Source: a virus
Lineage: Duplodnaviria; Caudoviricetes
IMG/VR virus record: IMGVR_UViG_3300042387_000498
Span: 1-24,393 of that record
Strand: one strand, 5' to 3'
DNA: 24,393 nucleotides
Part shown: positions 13,972 to 24,308 of the stretch, piece after piece
Position numbering within the stretch: position 1 is the stretch's first letter
Layout of the letters: each line of letters opens with the position of its first letter
Notes under the pieces: model-generated
What the model was told of the DNA's origin: nothing
What the model saw: only the letters and a program-made list of their open reading frames with translations
Databases searched by the model: none
Made by a program: the position numbers and the translations under genes

Positions 13972-16104
13972 TTACACGCCATACTTGGCACGAGTGGCGT
14001 TGAAGTTTTGTGAGATTTCTTGTGCTGTGAGTGCTCTGTTGTAATATAAAGTATTTGATATGCTTCCATTAAAGTAAGGAGATGCTGGAAAATTAGTCCA
14101 TCCACCACCAATTCCAGTTCCTAAAAAGTAATAATATGTTGGTGAGTAATTCGTTTGTGTTTTTGATAATGTGGCATAAGAAGTGCCATTTAAATAACTG
14201 ATTTGACTTCCTGATAAGAAAGTTACCGTTATGTTATTCCAATTATTATTATTTACAGAAGAAGATGATACTGATTGATTTCCAGTAGAACCACCCCAAA
14301 AACAACTTGTGTAGAGTAATCCATTAGTTCCCACATATATTCCAGGAACATATCCAGTAGCATTATTTGGAGTGTTGGTGTTTTGTTGCCCTAAAATTAT
14401 TCCTGTTGATGATGTCTTAAACCAAATTGAAAATGTAAATGGATTTCCAGTTTCGTGTATTAATAAATTGGTAGGTAAAGTAACATAATCATCAACCCCA
14501 TCAAAAACCAAAGAACCTCTATTACTACTATTATACCCAACACCATTCACGAGAGTTCCATTATTACCTTGACCACTTAGGTCAAACCAAGTAGTTCCAG
14601 TTTTTGGATACGAAATGCCAGCATCTAAGTATAATACCAACCCATTAGTTACAATAGGATCTGGAGTTATTAAAGGAATACTAGTCGTGATGCTATAAGT
14701 AGGATCTGAGTATGTACCTGCTTCATCAACTTGAACTTTTTTGTTAGCAACTTGAGTAGCAAGATCATCAAACAAAATCTTGTTAGCACTGAAAGGATAT
14801 GTGAGTAGATCACTGCTATCTTGTCTCACAGATCCATCAGACAATCTACCAATGTTATCTGAAATTGCTAGAGTTTCGTAAAAGATTATTCCAATACTAT
14901 CTGAATATTCAAAGTTACCTAGACCATTACCAGATGTACTGACTTTACCATAGATGTATGTATCTGGTTTTCCATTTAAAAGATCTTCTTGCTCATCTAT
15001 AAACAGCAGATAATAAAATGATGGGTCAGCATCTAAATTAACTTTAGATATAAAGTTATCGATACTTGTGTATAATCTTCTTCTCCATGCAAGAGAACCA
15101 TCTTTAGAATATTTGCTAAGTATTCCTATATCATTATTTGAATTGTCTGTATAAAATCCAAACACAACAGTTTGCTCTGTTTCTGTATCTGATTTTACAT
15201 TTACATACTGTATAGAATTTTCAATTGGAGTTTCTTTTTGCCAGATTATATTTCCTTCGGCGGTGTATTTAATAATAAATCCTTTGCTTGTTCCAGCAAT
15301 AATATCAAATACCGTACCAATAATATAAATTTGATCATTACCATCAATATAAACATCGGTACATTCTGTTTGAAGATAAGAATTGGATTGTCCTAATCTA
15401 GGATCTTCAATTGTTCTATCCCAAAGAAGATCTCCAGTTGCTGTATCTACTTTAGCAATGTATCCTTTATCTTTTACAGTATCTTCTATCTTACCAACAG
15501 CAACAACTTCACCACGATCATTAGCAGCACACTTTCCAAACGTAATAGCACCTGCTGTATTGCTACTATATTTACCCCAAGAATATGTACCAGTACCATT
15601 AACTTTTTCAATAAAAGCTTCTGTAGCAGAAGAACCACAAGCATATAAATTGTTGTTGCTATCTACAGCTATGCCTGTATACTCAACATCAGCAGTATTT
15701 GATGTTACTTGCCATGAAATATTACCATCATTATCGTACTTAGCAATCCAGGGAACAGTTCCAGTTTTACCACAGACAATTAAATTATCATTGCCATCAA
15801 TTTCAAGTGCTCTTAATGTAGTGTTAGTAGATGAAGTTGTTGATTGAATTGATACATTCCAATCGGATGATCCACCTTGAGATCTTTTTTCCAACCATCC
15901 TTGTTCTTGAGAATTGCTATCTTGCCTAGTTCCAGAAAGAATAAATTTTTGATCTGGTATGTTATATCTAATTTCATCTGGGATATAAACACCCTCAGTT
16001 CCTGCTGAACGATCTATTCTTTTGAAGAAGTTAGTAACTAGATCTACGCCAGATGAACCTAGAAGAAAAAGGTTTCTGGCGGCACTATTAAAACCTACTG
16101 GCAT
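13972..16104 (-). CDS. Virion protein with beta-propeller-like repeats and a C-terminal LamG/ConA-like domain
   Basis: IxKYxxxGxxxW repeats; C-terminal GLVLYLDAG...WFDLSGQGNNGTL...FDGVDDY...YNRALTAQEISQNFNA. Confidence 0.85.
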   Translation of the reverse strand: MPVGFNSAARNLFLLGSSGVDLVTNFFKRIDRSAGTEGVYIPDEIRYNIPDQKFILSGTRQDSNSQEQGWLEKRSQGGSSDWNVSIQSTTSSTNTTLRALEIDGNDNLIVCGKTGTVPWIAKYDNDGNISWQVTSNTADVEYTGIAVDSNNNLYACGSSATEAFIEKVNGTGTYSWGKYSSNTAGAITFGKCAANDRGEVVAVGKIEDTVKDKGYIAKVDTATGDLLWDRTIEDPRLGQSNSYLQTECTDVYIDGNDQIYIIGTVFDIIAGTSKGFIIKYTAEGNIIWQKETPIENSIQYVNVKSDTETEQTVVFGFYTDNSNNDIGILSKYSKDGSLAWRRRLYTSIDNFISKVNLDADPSFYYLLFIDEQEDLLNGKPDTYIYGKVSTSGNGLGNFEYSDSIGIIFYETLAISDNIGRLSDGSVRQDSSDLLTYPFSANKILFDDLATQVANKKVQVDEAGTYSDPTYSITTSIPLITPDPIVTNGLVLYLDAGISYPKTGTTWFDLSGQGNNGTLVNGVGYNSSNRGSLVFDGVDDYVTLPTNLLIHETGNPFTFSIWFKTSSTGIILGQQNTNTPNNATGYVPGIYVGTNGLLYTSCFWGGSTGNQSVSSSSVNNNNWNNITVTFLSGSQISYLNGTSYATLSKTQTNYSPTYYYFLGTGIGGGWTNFPASPYFNGSISNTLYYNRALTAQEISQNFNATRAKYGV

Positions 16105-16114
16105 TTATCTATCC

Positions 16115-19100
16115 TCAGCTAAAGTCGGTATTGCCTTGTCCGTATACTCTAACATTACCACCAGAATCTCTTACAATAACAAAGGTTAGAATATCTGTGT
16201 TTGTTGTGGAAAGTGGCGGAGATCCTCCAGACCAACGAACACCATTTGCAATTGCATTTCCATCAACTGTACATGCATCACCATAAGTAGCAGCGGTATT
16301 GCCTTCTAGAATTAATGTAATTGTTATTGATTGTCCATTTGTTAATGAAACTCCAGTAAATGCCCATGTATTGATTGCTTGTGTAGTTGGTTTACCTAGT
16401 ATAGTATTAGATCCAGCTACATTAATTGTTAAAGTATTTGAAGATGGAGTTAACGTAGTTGTAAATTCATTAAATACTTTTTCTACGACACGTCCACCAA
16501 GAGTTGTAGAACCATCAACACTTAGTCCAGTTAGAGTTCCAACTGAAGTTAATGAAGAGTTGACAACAGTTGAACCAAGAGTAGTTAAACTTAAAGCAAG
16601 CTGGTTTCCAATTACAAACTTTTTGCCAGTAGCGATTTCAATATTTTCTGAGAATGACCAATACTTATCTGTTCTGCTGTGATCATATAAAATTGTTTTA
16701 TTTGTAGAACCTTTAAGTATTAATCCTCCACCATCTGCACCAAGATCGGTTGGACCAACAGCTTCAAATGTTGCGCTTCCAGTTGATCCAGAAACAGCAT
16801 TTGATAAAACTGCTGTATTACCAGAGATTGAAATGATATAAGTTTCTGCTGGAACTGAAATTCCTCCAGTCAAAGAACTAACTGTCATACCAGGAATTAA
16901 ACCTGAGGTTGGAGTTACTCCAGTAATGGTCGTTTGACCATTTTGAACAGTTGCTGAGAAAGTTGTTGTTACTACCGAAGCAAGTTCTATATTTTTATCA
17001 TCGATAGAAATGACATTTGAATTGATACTTGTTACAGTTCCATTTACAGTTAGTTCTCCATCAATAATAACTTCTCCATTTACCCTTAAATCTTTAGGAA
17101 TTGTTACATTGTAAGAACTATCGCCACGGATCCATGCTTCTGTGCCAGAAGCAATAACTAGTTGATTATTTCCTGTAGCACTTGGTGGTACATAAGTAGC
17201 ATTAGTTGAGTTCTCATCTGGAGCAGCACCAATAAGAACATTGCCACTTCCAAGTAATCCATAACCAGCAAAGTGACCTATGCATACGTTGTGATTTCCT
17301 GAAATATTTGATTCAAGAGCACTATTTCCTACTGCTACATTACTATCTCCATCTTGTACAGATAGTTGAGCATCTTTACCAACAGCAACGTTATTGAAAC
17401 CAGTAGCACATGCTCGTAATGTTCTGTGACCATATCCAGTATTGGAAGCGGCAGAATTAATACCTAATCCTGATTCGTATCCCATCATGGTGTTTTGGGA
17501 TCCAGTAGAATTATTTTCTAAAGCGGAGAAACCAACTCTAGTATTTGTATTGATTGCTCCGCCACCTCTACCAATTTTCATTGGTGCTCCATCACCACCA
17601 CGAATAATAATATCGGAGTTAGCAAAATTTGGAGTTCCATTTACAGTAAATGTATCTCCAACTAATGTATTAACTGTGAAGTTCTTTGATACAGTTAACG
17701 AATTATTTACAGTTGTTGTTCCTGAAGATGCACCTAAATTTAATGCAGTTGCAGCACCAAAAGCATTGATTGTTGTTGCAGAAGTATTGAATACCGCAAA
17801 ACTAGCACTACTTGTAGTTACACTAGTAGTAAATTGTGGACTTGCTGAAAAAACTAGACCCCCTCCAGTTCCTGTGCTATCAGAAATTATACCTCTTAAT
17901 TGGGTAGAAGTTGTTGTTGCAAATGATGCAAGTGTATTAGATGTGTAAACTACAGTTGCACCAGCACCTCCACCATTTCCAAAGTTTACTGTTGAACCAT
18001 CAGTTCCATTAAATGTTAATGTATTGTTTATGGTAAATGTTTTTAATGATGCTAATGTGAATGTAGAATTTGGTGCTGAACTAATTGTTAAACCATTAAT
18101 TGTAGTGGCTGTAGCAGCTCCTAATGATGGAGAAGTTAATGTTGGAGAAGTTAAAGTTTTATTTGTTAAAGTTTGAGTTTCATTTTCTGTTACTAATCTT
18201 CTAGCAATAGAACCATCCCAAACTCTCCAAAATCCACCTGCTTCATTCCATTGTAAAGAATTGAAAGTTTGTACTACTCCAGAAGAATTTGTAGTTCTAT
18301 TAACTTGAATTCCTCCATCAGCACCAACAAGATTATTGCCACGTCTTAATTCTATTGTATTATCTGCAACAGAAAGTGTGGTTGTATTAATAATAGTATT
18401 ATTTCCACTAACAGTTAAATCACCATTAATGGTTACGGTAGAGCCATCGTCTGTTATAATACTATTTGTTAATTGTTTATTGCCATTATCCCATTTTAAA
18501 ACTCGGTTATCAATTAAGTTACTAGAATTTTTTATAGAAAATTCCGTTCCATTTGATAAATTTAATCCATTTCCTGCACTCAATGCAGCGCCAGTATCTG
18601 TATTAACAGATGAAATTTCAATTGTATTGCCTGTTTGTGTAATTGTTGTAGCTCCAGAAGCTACGAGTGTAATGTCACCAGAAACAAGAGTACCGCTATT
18701 AGTTCCTCTAACTCTGGTTACAGTATTTGTATCAGTTGAAGATACGGTAATTGTAGATCCAGATTGGGACACTGTGGTAGAACCAGATCCAGAAATTGTA
18801 ACATCTCCAGAAGTAAATGTTCCTGATCCCCCACCTTTTATTCTAGTTACTGTGTCTGTAGATGAAATAGTAATTGTTGGATTTCCACTGCCATCGACTG
18901 ATTGTGATAATGTGGTAGATCCTCCAGATAAAAATGTGAAATCTCCAGAAGCTAATACTTGTCCAGTACCAGCTCTCAATCTAGTAATTGTATCAATATA
19001 TGTTGAATTTATTGTTATTATATTTCCAGATTGTGATACTGTTGAAGATCCAGATGCAGCTATGGTAACTTCTCCAGTTACTGCGGAACCACCAACAGCA

Positions 19101-19654
19101 CTTTTTAAACTAGTTACTGTATCTGTATCTACAAAACTTGAATTAATTGTAATTGTATCGCCAGATCTTGATAAAGATACATTATCTCCAGCTGCAATTT
19201 TTACATCATCCGTGGCGCCAGCACCAGAATTTCCCCCAGAAGTTAATCGAATAATTTTTTCTAAATTTGTTGCTCCATCTATAGCAGAAATGCTGTAAGT
19301 GGTGTTATTATCTGGTGTTGTTACTGAGCCCCCAAGAGCGATTGCAGAACCATTAATATTAATACTAGAATTAATTAAAGAATTATTGGGAATATTTGTT
19401 ATAGTATTGAGAGATGCAGAAATGATGCATGTCTCTAAAGTTTTATTTGTTAGAGTTTGAGCAGCAGTTAAATATACATTACCTGGATTATCCCATTCTA
19501 ATCCAGATCCAGTACTTTTTAAATACTGTCCCGAGACACCAACATCACCGTTGATAACAATACCATTACCAGTTAAATCTAAATTATCTCCAGAGATAAA
19601 CTCTTCAATTTTTCTGGAACTATAATTTACTGCTAAAGGAAAACGATCTGCCAT
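16115..19654 (-). CDS. Long tail-fibre-like protein (1179 aa)
   Basis: QTLTNKTL motifs, about five DTVTR..SGxxT repeats, and NxAVGxxAL repeats of trimeric adhesin type. Confidence 0.85.
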   Translation of the reverse strand: MADRFPLAVNYSSRKIEEFISGDNLDLTGNGIVINGDVGVSGQYLKSTGSGLEWDNPGNVYLTAAQTLTNKTLETCIISASLNTITNIPNNSLINSSININGSAIALGGSVTTPDNNTTYSISAIDGATNLEKIIRLTSGGNSGAGATDDVKIAAGDNVSLSRSGDTITINSSFVDTDTVTSLKSAVGGSAVTGEVTIAASGSSTVSQSGNIITINSTYIDTITRLRAGTGQVLASGDFTFLSGGSTTLSQSVDGSGNPTITISSTDTVTRIKGGGSGTFTSGDVTISGSGSTTVSQSGSTITVSSTDTNTVTRVRGTNSGTLVSGDITLVASGATTITQTGNTIEISSVNTDTGAALSAGNGLNLSNGTEFSIKNSSNLIDNRVLKWDNGNKQLTNSIITDDGSTVTINGDLTVSGNNTIINTTTLSVADNTIELRRGNNLVGADGGIQVNRTTNSSGVVQTFNSLQWNEAGGFWRVWDGSIARRLVTENETQTLTNKTLTSPTLTSPSLGAATATTINGLTISSAPNSTFTLASLKTFTINNTLTFNGTDGSTVNFGNGGGAGATVVYTSNTLASFATTTSTQLRGIISDSTGTGGGLVFSASPQFTTSVTTSSASFAVFNTSATTINAFGAATALNLGASSGTTTVNNSLTVSKNFTVNTLVGDTFTVNGTPNFANSDIIIRGGDGAPMKIGRGGGAINTNTRVGFSALENNSTGSQNTMMGYESGLGINSAASNTGYGHRTLRACATGFNNVAVGKDAQLSVQDGDSNVAVGNSALESNISGNHNVCIGHFAGYGLLGSGNVLIGAAPDENSTNATYVPPSATGNNQLVIASGTEAWIRGDSSYNVTIPKDLRVNGEVIIDGELTVNGTVTSINSNVISIDDKNIELASVVTTTFSATVQNGQTTITGVTPTSGLIPGMTVSSLTGGISVPAETYIISISGNTAVLSNAVSGSTGSATFEAVGPTDLGADGGGLILKGSTNKTILYDHSRTDKYWSFSENIEIATGKKFVIGNQLALSLTTLGSTVVNSSLTSVGTLTGLSVDGSTTLGGRVVEKVFNEFTTTLTPSSNTLTINVAGSNTILGKPTTQAINTWAFTGVSLTNGQSITITLILEGNTAATYGDACTVDGNAIANGVRWSGGSPPLSTTNTDILTFVIVRDSGGNVRVYGQGNTDFS

Positions 19655-19691
19655 TATACCAGTGCCTGGGGGTTACTTCTTTCGTTAAAAG

Positions 19692-19699
19692 TATTTATA
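19692..19699 (-). promoter_or_regulatory. T4-type late promoter
   Basis: TATAAATA on the minus strand, upstream of the 1179-aa gene. Confidence 0.75.
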
Positions 19700-19717
19700 G
19701 GCAGAAGAATCTGTTAT

Positions 19718-20326
19718 TTATTCTAGAAAATCTGCTTGAATATTTCTTTTTCTTAATTCATCCAAATAATCCGTTGGTCTTTGATCAGCAAACATTGTGT
19801 CTAAATCTCCGCATGTTAAATTAGTGCATTCATTTTTTGGATACGCTTGTTTTATCTCTGCTATCTTTGCATCTATTTTTTGTATTGGTTCCATTATTCC
19901 TTGTCTCATCCAATACAATGCATCCAGTTGCTCTTCAATTGATGGATAAGAATACCATCTCACTTGACCATAATCAATTTCTGTATTTCTATATTCAATA
20001 ATCTGATTTAAAAATCTTTGATTCTCTTCTTCTACTAGCAATTTGTGTTCTTCTTCAAATTGCTTATTCATTTGTTCTATTCTTTCTTCTTCAGAAATAA
20101 TATCAACAAATTCTAATTCTTCCCCTTTGTAAAAGTATTGTGCCAAATCTAATTTAATTTCTTTTTGATCTGCTAAATTTTTTTGTCTAGCAATTTCTTC
20201 TTCTATTTTTTGTTTATTCCATTCTTTTTGAATTCCAACCGTAATTTCCCTAAGAGAACCATTAGGAATTCTATATTCTATAATAATGTAATGATCTAAT
20301 ATAGATTTAATTTTATATGTTGACAT
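19718..20326 (-). CDS. Hypothetical protein, possible fibre assembly chaperone
   Basis: Charged helical protein with YPSIEEQLDALYW...IAEIKQAYPK, directly downstream of a fibre gene. Confidence 0.7.
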   Translation of the reverse strand: MSTYKIKSILDHYIIIEYRIPNGSLREITVGIQKEWNKQKIEEEIARQKNLADQKEIKLDLAQYFYKGEELEFVDIISEEERIEQMNKQFEEEHKLLVEEENQRFLNQIIEYRNTEIDYGQVRWYSYPSIEEQLDALYWMRQGIMEPIQKIDAKIAEIKQAYPKNECTNLTCGDLDTMFADQRPTDYLDELRKRNIQADFLE

Positions 20327-20327
20327 T

Positions 20328-21887
20328 TTATTGTACCTTTATGATGTAAGCTAATGCATAATAAGGAGGAAGATTTTTATCCGTGCCATCTATACCTTGA
20401 GTTGAGACGGTAATATTATGTGTATGACTTTGTGAGGTATTGCCAGTAGTTATATTATGTGTGTGAGTTTGTGATGCATTTCCTGAAGTAAATGCATGAG
20501 TATGGTTTGTACTAACTCCACCTGTAGTAAAAGTATGTGTGTGATTTGCTGATTGATTTCCTATTGAAACATTATGTGAATGATCTCCATTGGAAAATGT
20601 AGAAATATTATGACTGTGGGATGCATCAGCGCCAGCAGTAGTTCCGCCATGAAAATGACCAGCACTTACGCCATCTGTTGTTCTACCAAAATCAAATCCA
20701 TATACACCTTGAGTCGCCCAACCTGGACCGCCTTGTTTACCTGTGGTTCCACTATTGTATCCTCTATCCTGATAACCATGTGTGTGGTTGTTTGATGCGC
20801 CACCAGTATTGAAATTGTGTGAATGATTTGCGGATGCGCTACTACTGTTTCCATTATGACTATGTGATCCAGCAGTATTTGTACTTCCTCCGTGTGAATG
20901 GGTGGCGCTTTCTGTTCCAGTAGTACCAGAATGTGTATGACCTACGCTATTATCTCCAGTATTTCCTGAGTGTGTATGTGATTGACTTTCAGTACTAGTA
21001 GTTCCTGTGTGTGTATGTGATTGACTTTCTGTTCCTGTAGTACCAGTATGTTGGTGTGAAACTAAAATAGCATCTTTTGATCCACCCGTACCATTTACCG
21101 AGTAATTTTCTCCTGCTCCAATCACAAACCTATTTCTTAAATCTGGAGTTACTACACCATTTACAGTATCTCCATTGCATATAGCCCATTTTGCTGGGAT
21201 ATTATTAACAGATCCAGACCACATAATAATTCCACCAATAGGGAATGGATCTGAATCTACTGTAATTGTTTGTAGGTTTTGGGATACTCTGGTTCCACCA
21301 GAACCTAAAATAGTTATCTGACCTTCAATGTATGGACTTGAATCTGGTGCTCTAAGCTGCGTGAGACCAGTTGCAATTGTTAATGTATCGTTTCCAGATC
21401 TAGTAATGGTTGTATTGTATCCAGCAACCAAAAATATATCTTGAACACCAGAACCAGAACCACCAGCAGTTAAACGAATTCTCTTTTGGGTAACTGCAGT
21501 ACCATCAGCAACACTAATACCATATACTGTATTGTCATTAGTGTCTGGAATAGTAATAGAACCTCCAAGAGGAACATTAGTACCATTTATAGAGATGCTG
21601 GAATTAATTAATGATGCATTTGCTACGTTAGTTAATGAATTTAAACTAGCATTAAATGTACATGAACTTAATGTTTTGTTTAAAAGTGTTTGATTGTCAG
21701 TTAGGAATACATCGGCAGCTCTTGCCCATCTAACTTCAGTTCCTGTGGAAGTTAAAACTTGCTTGTTTGCTCCAGTGCTAATGCCATCGTAAATTCCTGA
21801 TGCAGTCAGGTTTAAAGAATCACCTACGGATAACTCTCCTACTAGTGATGTTGAGTTGTTGATGACTAGTGGATACCTATTCGCCAT
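20328..21887 (-). CDS. Tail fibre with collar-like domain and a 15x HxH metal-binding needle
   Basis: PIGGIIMWSG...WAICNG...PDLRNRF collar-like motif, periodic HxH motifs, and terminal NLPPYYALAYIIK. Confidence 0.88.
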   Translation of the reverse strand: MANRYPLVINNSTSLVGELSVGDSLNLTASGIYDGISTGANKQVLTSTGTEVRWARAADVFLTDNQTLLNKTLSSCTFNASLNSLTNVANASLINSSISINGTNVPLGGSITIPDTNDNTVYGISVADGTAVTQKRIRLTAGGSGSGVQDIFLVAGYNTTITRSGNDTLTIATGLTQLRAPDSSPYIEGQITILGSGGTRVSQNLQTITVDSDPFPIGGIIMWSGSVNNIPAKWAICNGDTVNGVVTPDLRNRFVIGAGENYSVNGTGGSKDAILVSHQHTGTTGTESQSHTHTGTTSTESQSHTHSGNTGDNSVGHTHSGTTGTESATHSHGGSTNTAGSHSHNGNSSSASANHSHNFNTGGASNNHTHGYQDRGYNSGTTGKQGGPGWATQGVYGFDFGRTTDGVSAGHFHGGTTAGADASHSHNISTFSNGDHSHNVSIGNQSANHTHTFTTGGVSTNHTHAFTSGNASQTHTHNITTGNTSQSHTHNITVSTQGIDGTDKNLPPYYALAYIIKVQ

Positions 21888-22191
21888 GACCTTCTAATAT
21901 GTTTATTGATGTTGGCATTATTTGATTTAAAGAATGTCTATAAAGATCTTGCGTTTCTTTATTTCCTTTTACAATCTCATTCCTTAAGGATTCTACTGCC
22001 GCTCCAGTTTGCCTAGATTGTTGGGAAGATTCTATTACTAGAAACGGAACCCATTTTACAGCACAATCCCATTCATCTACTGGTTCTCCTGTATTTGGAT
22101 TGGTTCCTCTTATTTGTGTAAACCATTTACACTTCAAGTTAACGCATTCAGAACCAATCAAAGGACAAAAATCTCCAGATTTTAATTGCAT
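21877..22191 (-). CDS. Cys-rich hypothetical protein associated with fibre genes
   Basis: CPLIGSECVNLKCKWF...DEWDCA...TGAAVESLRNE. Confidence 0.75.
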   Translation of the reverse strand: MQLKSGDFCPLIGSECVNLKCKWFTQIRGTNPNTGEPVDEWDCAVKWVPFLVIESSQQSRQTGAAVESLRNEIVKGNKETQDLYRHSLNQIMPTSINILEGHGE

Positions 22192-22214
22192 AATAAAATA
22201 TCGTCTTGTATTAT

Positions 22215-22454
22215 TTATTGTTGTTGAACTGTCGCATTAAATAAATCAATTGCGCTTTGATATTTTTTTATATTATTGATAACTCTGTTACTAGTACCAT
22301 CAGTATATTCTATGTGACCAGTTTGTTTTACTTCATCCCATTGAATTGCGTGAATATTTGATTCTATCCATGGGAAATCACTATCAATAAAAGCACATAC
22401 ATCATCAATACAAACTATTTTATCTGATGGTATTACAGTTAATCTTTTTTTCAT
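22215..22454 (-). CDS. Hypothetical protein, possible fibre accessory protein
   Basis: MKKRLTVIPSD...IHAIQWD...GHIEY. ATG 22454 lies just after the upstream fibre stop. Confidence 0.7.
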   Translation of the reverse strand: MKKRLTVIPSDKIVCIDDVCAFIDSDFPWIESNIHAIQWDEVKQTGHIEYTDGTSNRVINNIKKYQSAIDLFNATVQQQ

Positions 22455-22455
22455 T

Positions 22456-24132
22456 TTAATTTTTGGAGCAAATAATGCAATCAATATAATTTACATCCAT
22501 ATTTATTGATGGGTTGGTAAATCCATGAGTATGTGAACCAGATCCTCCAGTATTGCCAACAGATACATCGTGCGAATGGCTTCCTGCGCTATTTGTATTG
22601 AAGCCATGAGCATGATCATTGCTTATTCCAGCAGTAGTGAAGCCGTGGGCATGATTCCCCACGCCACCTGTGCCAGTGTCGTATCTTTGTAATCTTGAAC
22701 CATCTGGACCTCCAGATTGTTCCAATTCATTTCCACTTCCTCCAGGTCCATAAAATGTATAGCTATGATTGTGACCACCAGCCTCACTAGTTGCTCCAGT
22801 GTGAGTATGATTTCTATCTTGGACACCAGTTGATCCACTGTGGGAGTGACTTCCAGCACTTCCAGTAGATCCAGAGTGACTATGTGCTGGTATTTGGCTA
22901 GATGTTAACGTTGTTGCTTGAACACTACCGCCAGTAGTTACTCTATTTGTTGTGAAGATTGTTGTAAATGAAGAACCAGAAGAATAAGCTCCTCCACCAG
23001 AACCAGTAACGATTCTCATGGCTGTGTTATTAATAAAACTATCAGTAACTTTAGTCCATCCTGTTGGAGCTGAAGCCTGGTAGAATATCATTCTAGTACC
23101 AGAAGGAATTTCTACTGGTACTTCTGGAAGTGTAATATAATCTGAAGTATCTATAGAACCATCTGATCTTAAAAATCCATGAGGATTTGCTCCTCTATCT
23201 ACAGTAACTGATGTAGTTGCTCTTATTGTTGTGCCACTAATATTTCTTGCCCAAAAATCTCCGTTACTATCTCGTGCTACAACTTTATTAATTCCTCTAT
23301 CTGCTTGAGATGCTGCTGTTGCATCAACGGTCCACGTTGTAGCGGTAGATCCATCGTAATTATTTCCAACTAAGTAATTACCTCTAGTTAAAATTTGAGA
23401 AACTTTAGTTGCTGTTCCTGTTACATCACCAACAAGATTTGAAGTAATAGTTGTAGCAGAAAAACTACCATTCGAATCTCTTGCAACTACTCTATTAGCT
23501 GTGTTAGTTGTTGTTGCATTTACAGCTATTGTTCTTGCATTTAATCCATTGTATATGCTGGCACTATCAGTGTAAATGAGATAAGAACCAGCAGTTAAAC
23601 TTTGTATCGATACGACAAAATTTAATGTATCGTTACTAGATCTACTAATACTTAAATAATTTCCATTTGTTGTCAAAAATACATCTTGAACACCAGATCC
23701 AGAACCACCAGCAGTTAATCTGATTCTTTTTTGTAAAGCATTAACTCCATCTGCAACACTAATGGAATATAATGTGTTGTCATTATTATCTGGGATTGTA
23801 ATGGAGCCACCTAATGATACGGGATTGCCATTAATATTAATGCTTGAATGTACTAACGAAGAATTAGCTACGTTAGATAATGTATTTTGTGCCGCATTAA
23901 ATGCACACGAAGTTAATGTTTTATTTGTTAATGTTTGTGCGTCATTTAAAAAAACATCTGCTGCACGTATCCAACGAACAGATCCATTGTTTGCTGATAA
24001 TATTTGACCGTTCCCACCTGTACTAATACCATCAAAAATACCCGATGAAGTTAAATTCAGCGAGTCACCAATAGGTAATTCCCCAACCAGGCTTGTACTG
24101 TTATTAATAACTAATGGGTATCTGCTAGCCAT
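22456..24132 (-). CDS. Tail fibre with an 8x HxH needle
   Basis: N-terminus paralogous to the 519-aa fibre, two VVARDSNG repeats, IPSGTRMIFYQASAPTGWTK, LTSSQIPAHSH and further HxH motifs. Confidence 0.88.
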   Translation of the reverse strand: MASRYPLVINNSTSLVGELPIGDSLNLTSSGIFDGISTGGNGQILSANNGSVRWIRAADVFLNDAQTLTNKTLTSCAFNAAQNTLSNVANSSLVHSSININGNPVSLGGSITIPDNNDNTLYSISVADGVNALQKRIRLTAGGSGSGVQDVFLTTNGNYLSISRSSNDTLNFVVSIQSLTAGSYLIYTDSASIYNGLNARTIAVNATTTNTANRVVARDSNGSFSATTITSNLVGDVTGTATKVSQILTRGNYLVGNNYDGSTATTWTVDATAASQADRGINKVVARDSNGDFWARNISGTTIRATTSVTVDRGANPHGFLRSDGSIDTSDYITLPEVPVEIPSGTRMIFYQASAPTGWTKVTDSFINNTAMRIVTGSGGGAYSSGSSFTTIFTTNRVTTGGSVQATTLTSSQIPAHSHSGSTGSAGSHSHSGSTGVQDRNHTHTGATSEAGGHNHSYTFYGPGGSGNELEQSGGPDGSRLQRYDTGTGGVGNHAHGFTTAGISNDHAHGFNTNSAGSHSHDVSVGNTGGSGSHTHGFTNPSINMDVNYIDCIICSKN

Positions 24133-24163
24133 ATCAGGTTTTTATATGTATTTAGGAAGGAGG

Positions 24164-24278
24164 TTGACGCTCCAGCCATCCTGTGCCATAATAGGTTCAC
24201 CGCAGTCGAGGGGGTTGACAAACTTCTGAACCTGTGGTATCATAAATAAATGTTAAGAAATGTGTGCATTTCTTAACA
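24164..24278 (+). promoter_or_regulatory. psbA promoter region: two sigma70 promoters, a late box and a leader hairpin
   Basis: TTGACG-17-CATAAT (24164-24192), TTGACA-17-TATCAT (24215-24243), CATAAATA (24241-24248), and a perfect 12-bp inverted repeat at 24251-24278. Confidence 0.75.
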
Positions 24279-24308
24279 CTATATGTAAACCTTACTGTCT
24301 TACTAACT

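Noticed and set aside
15383-19298. Long plus-strand ORFs (154, 127, 168 and 320 aa)
   Set aside because: Antisense shadows of Thr/Gly/Ser-rich fibre genes, with Val/Pro-rich, motif-free translations.
20328-24132. Diversity-generating retroelement or shufflon acting on the fibre tips
   Set aside because: No reverse transcriptase or invertase, no adenine-specific repeat pair, and all fibre genes share one orientation.
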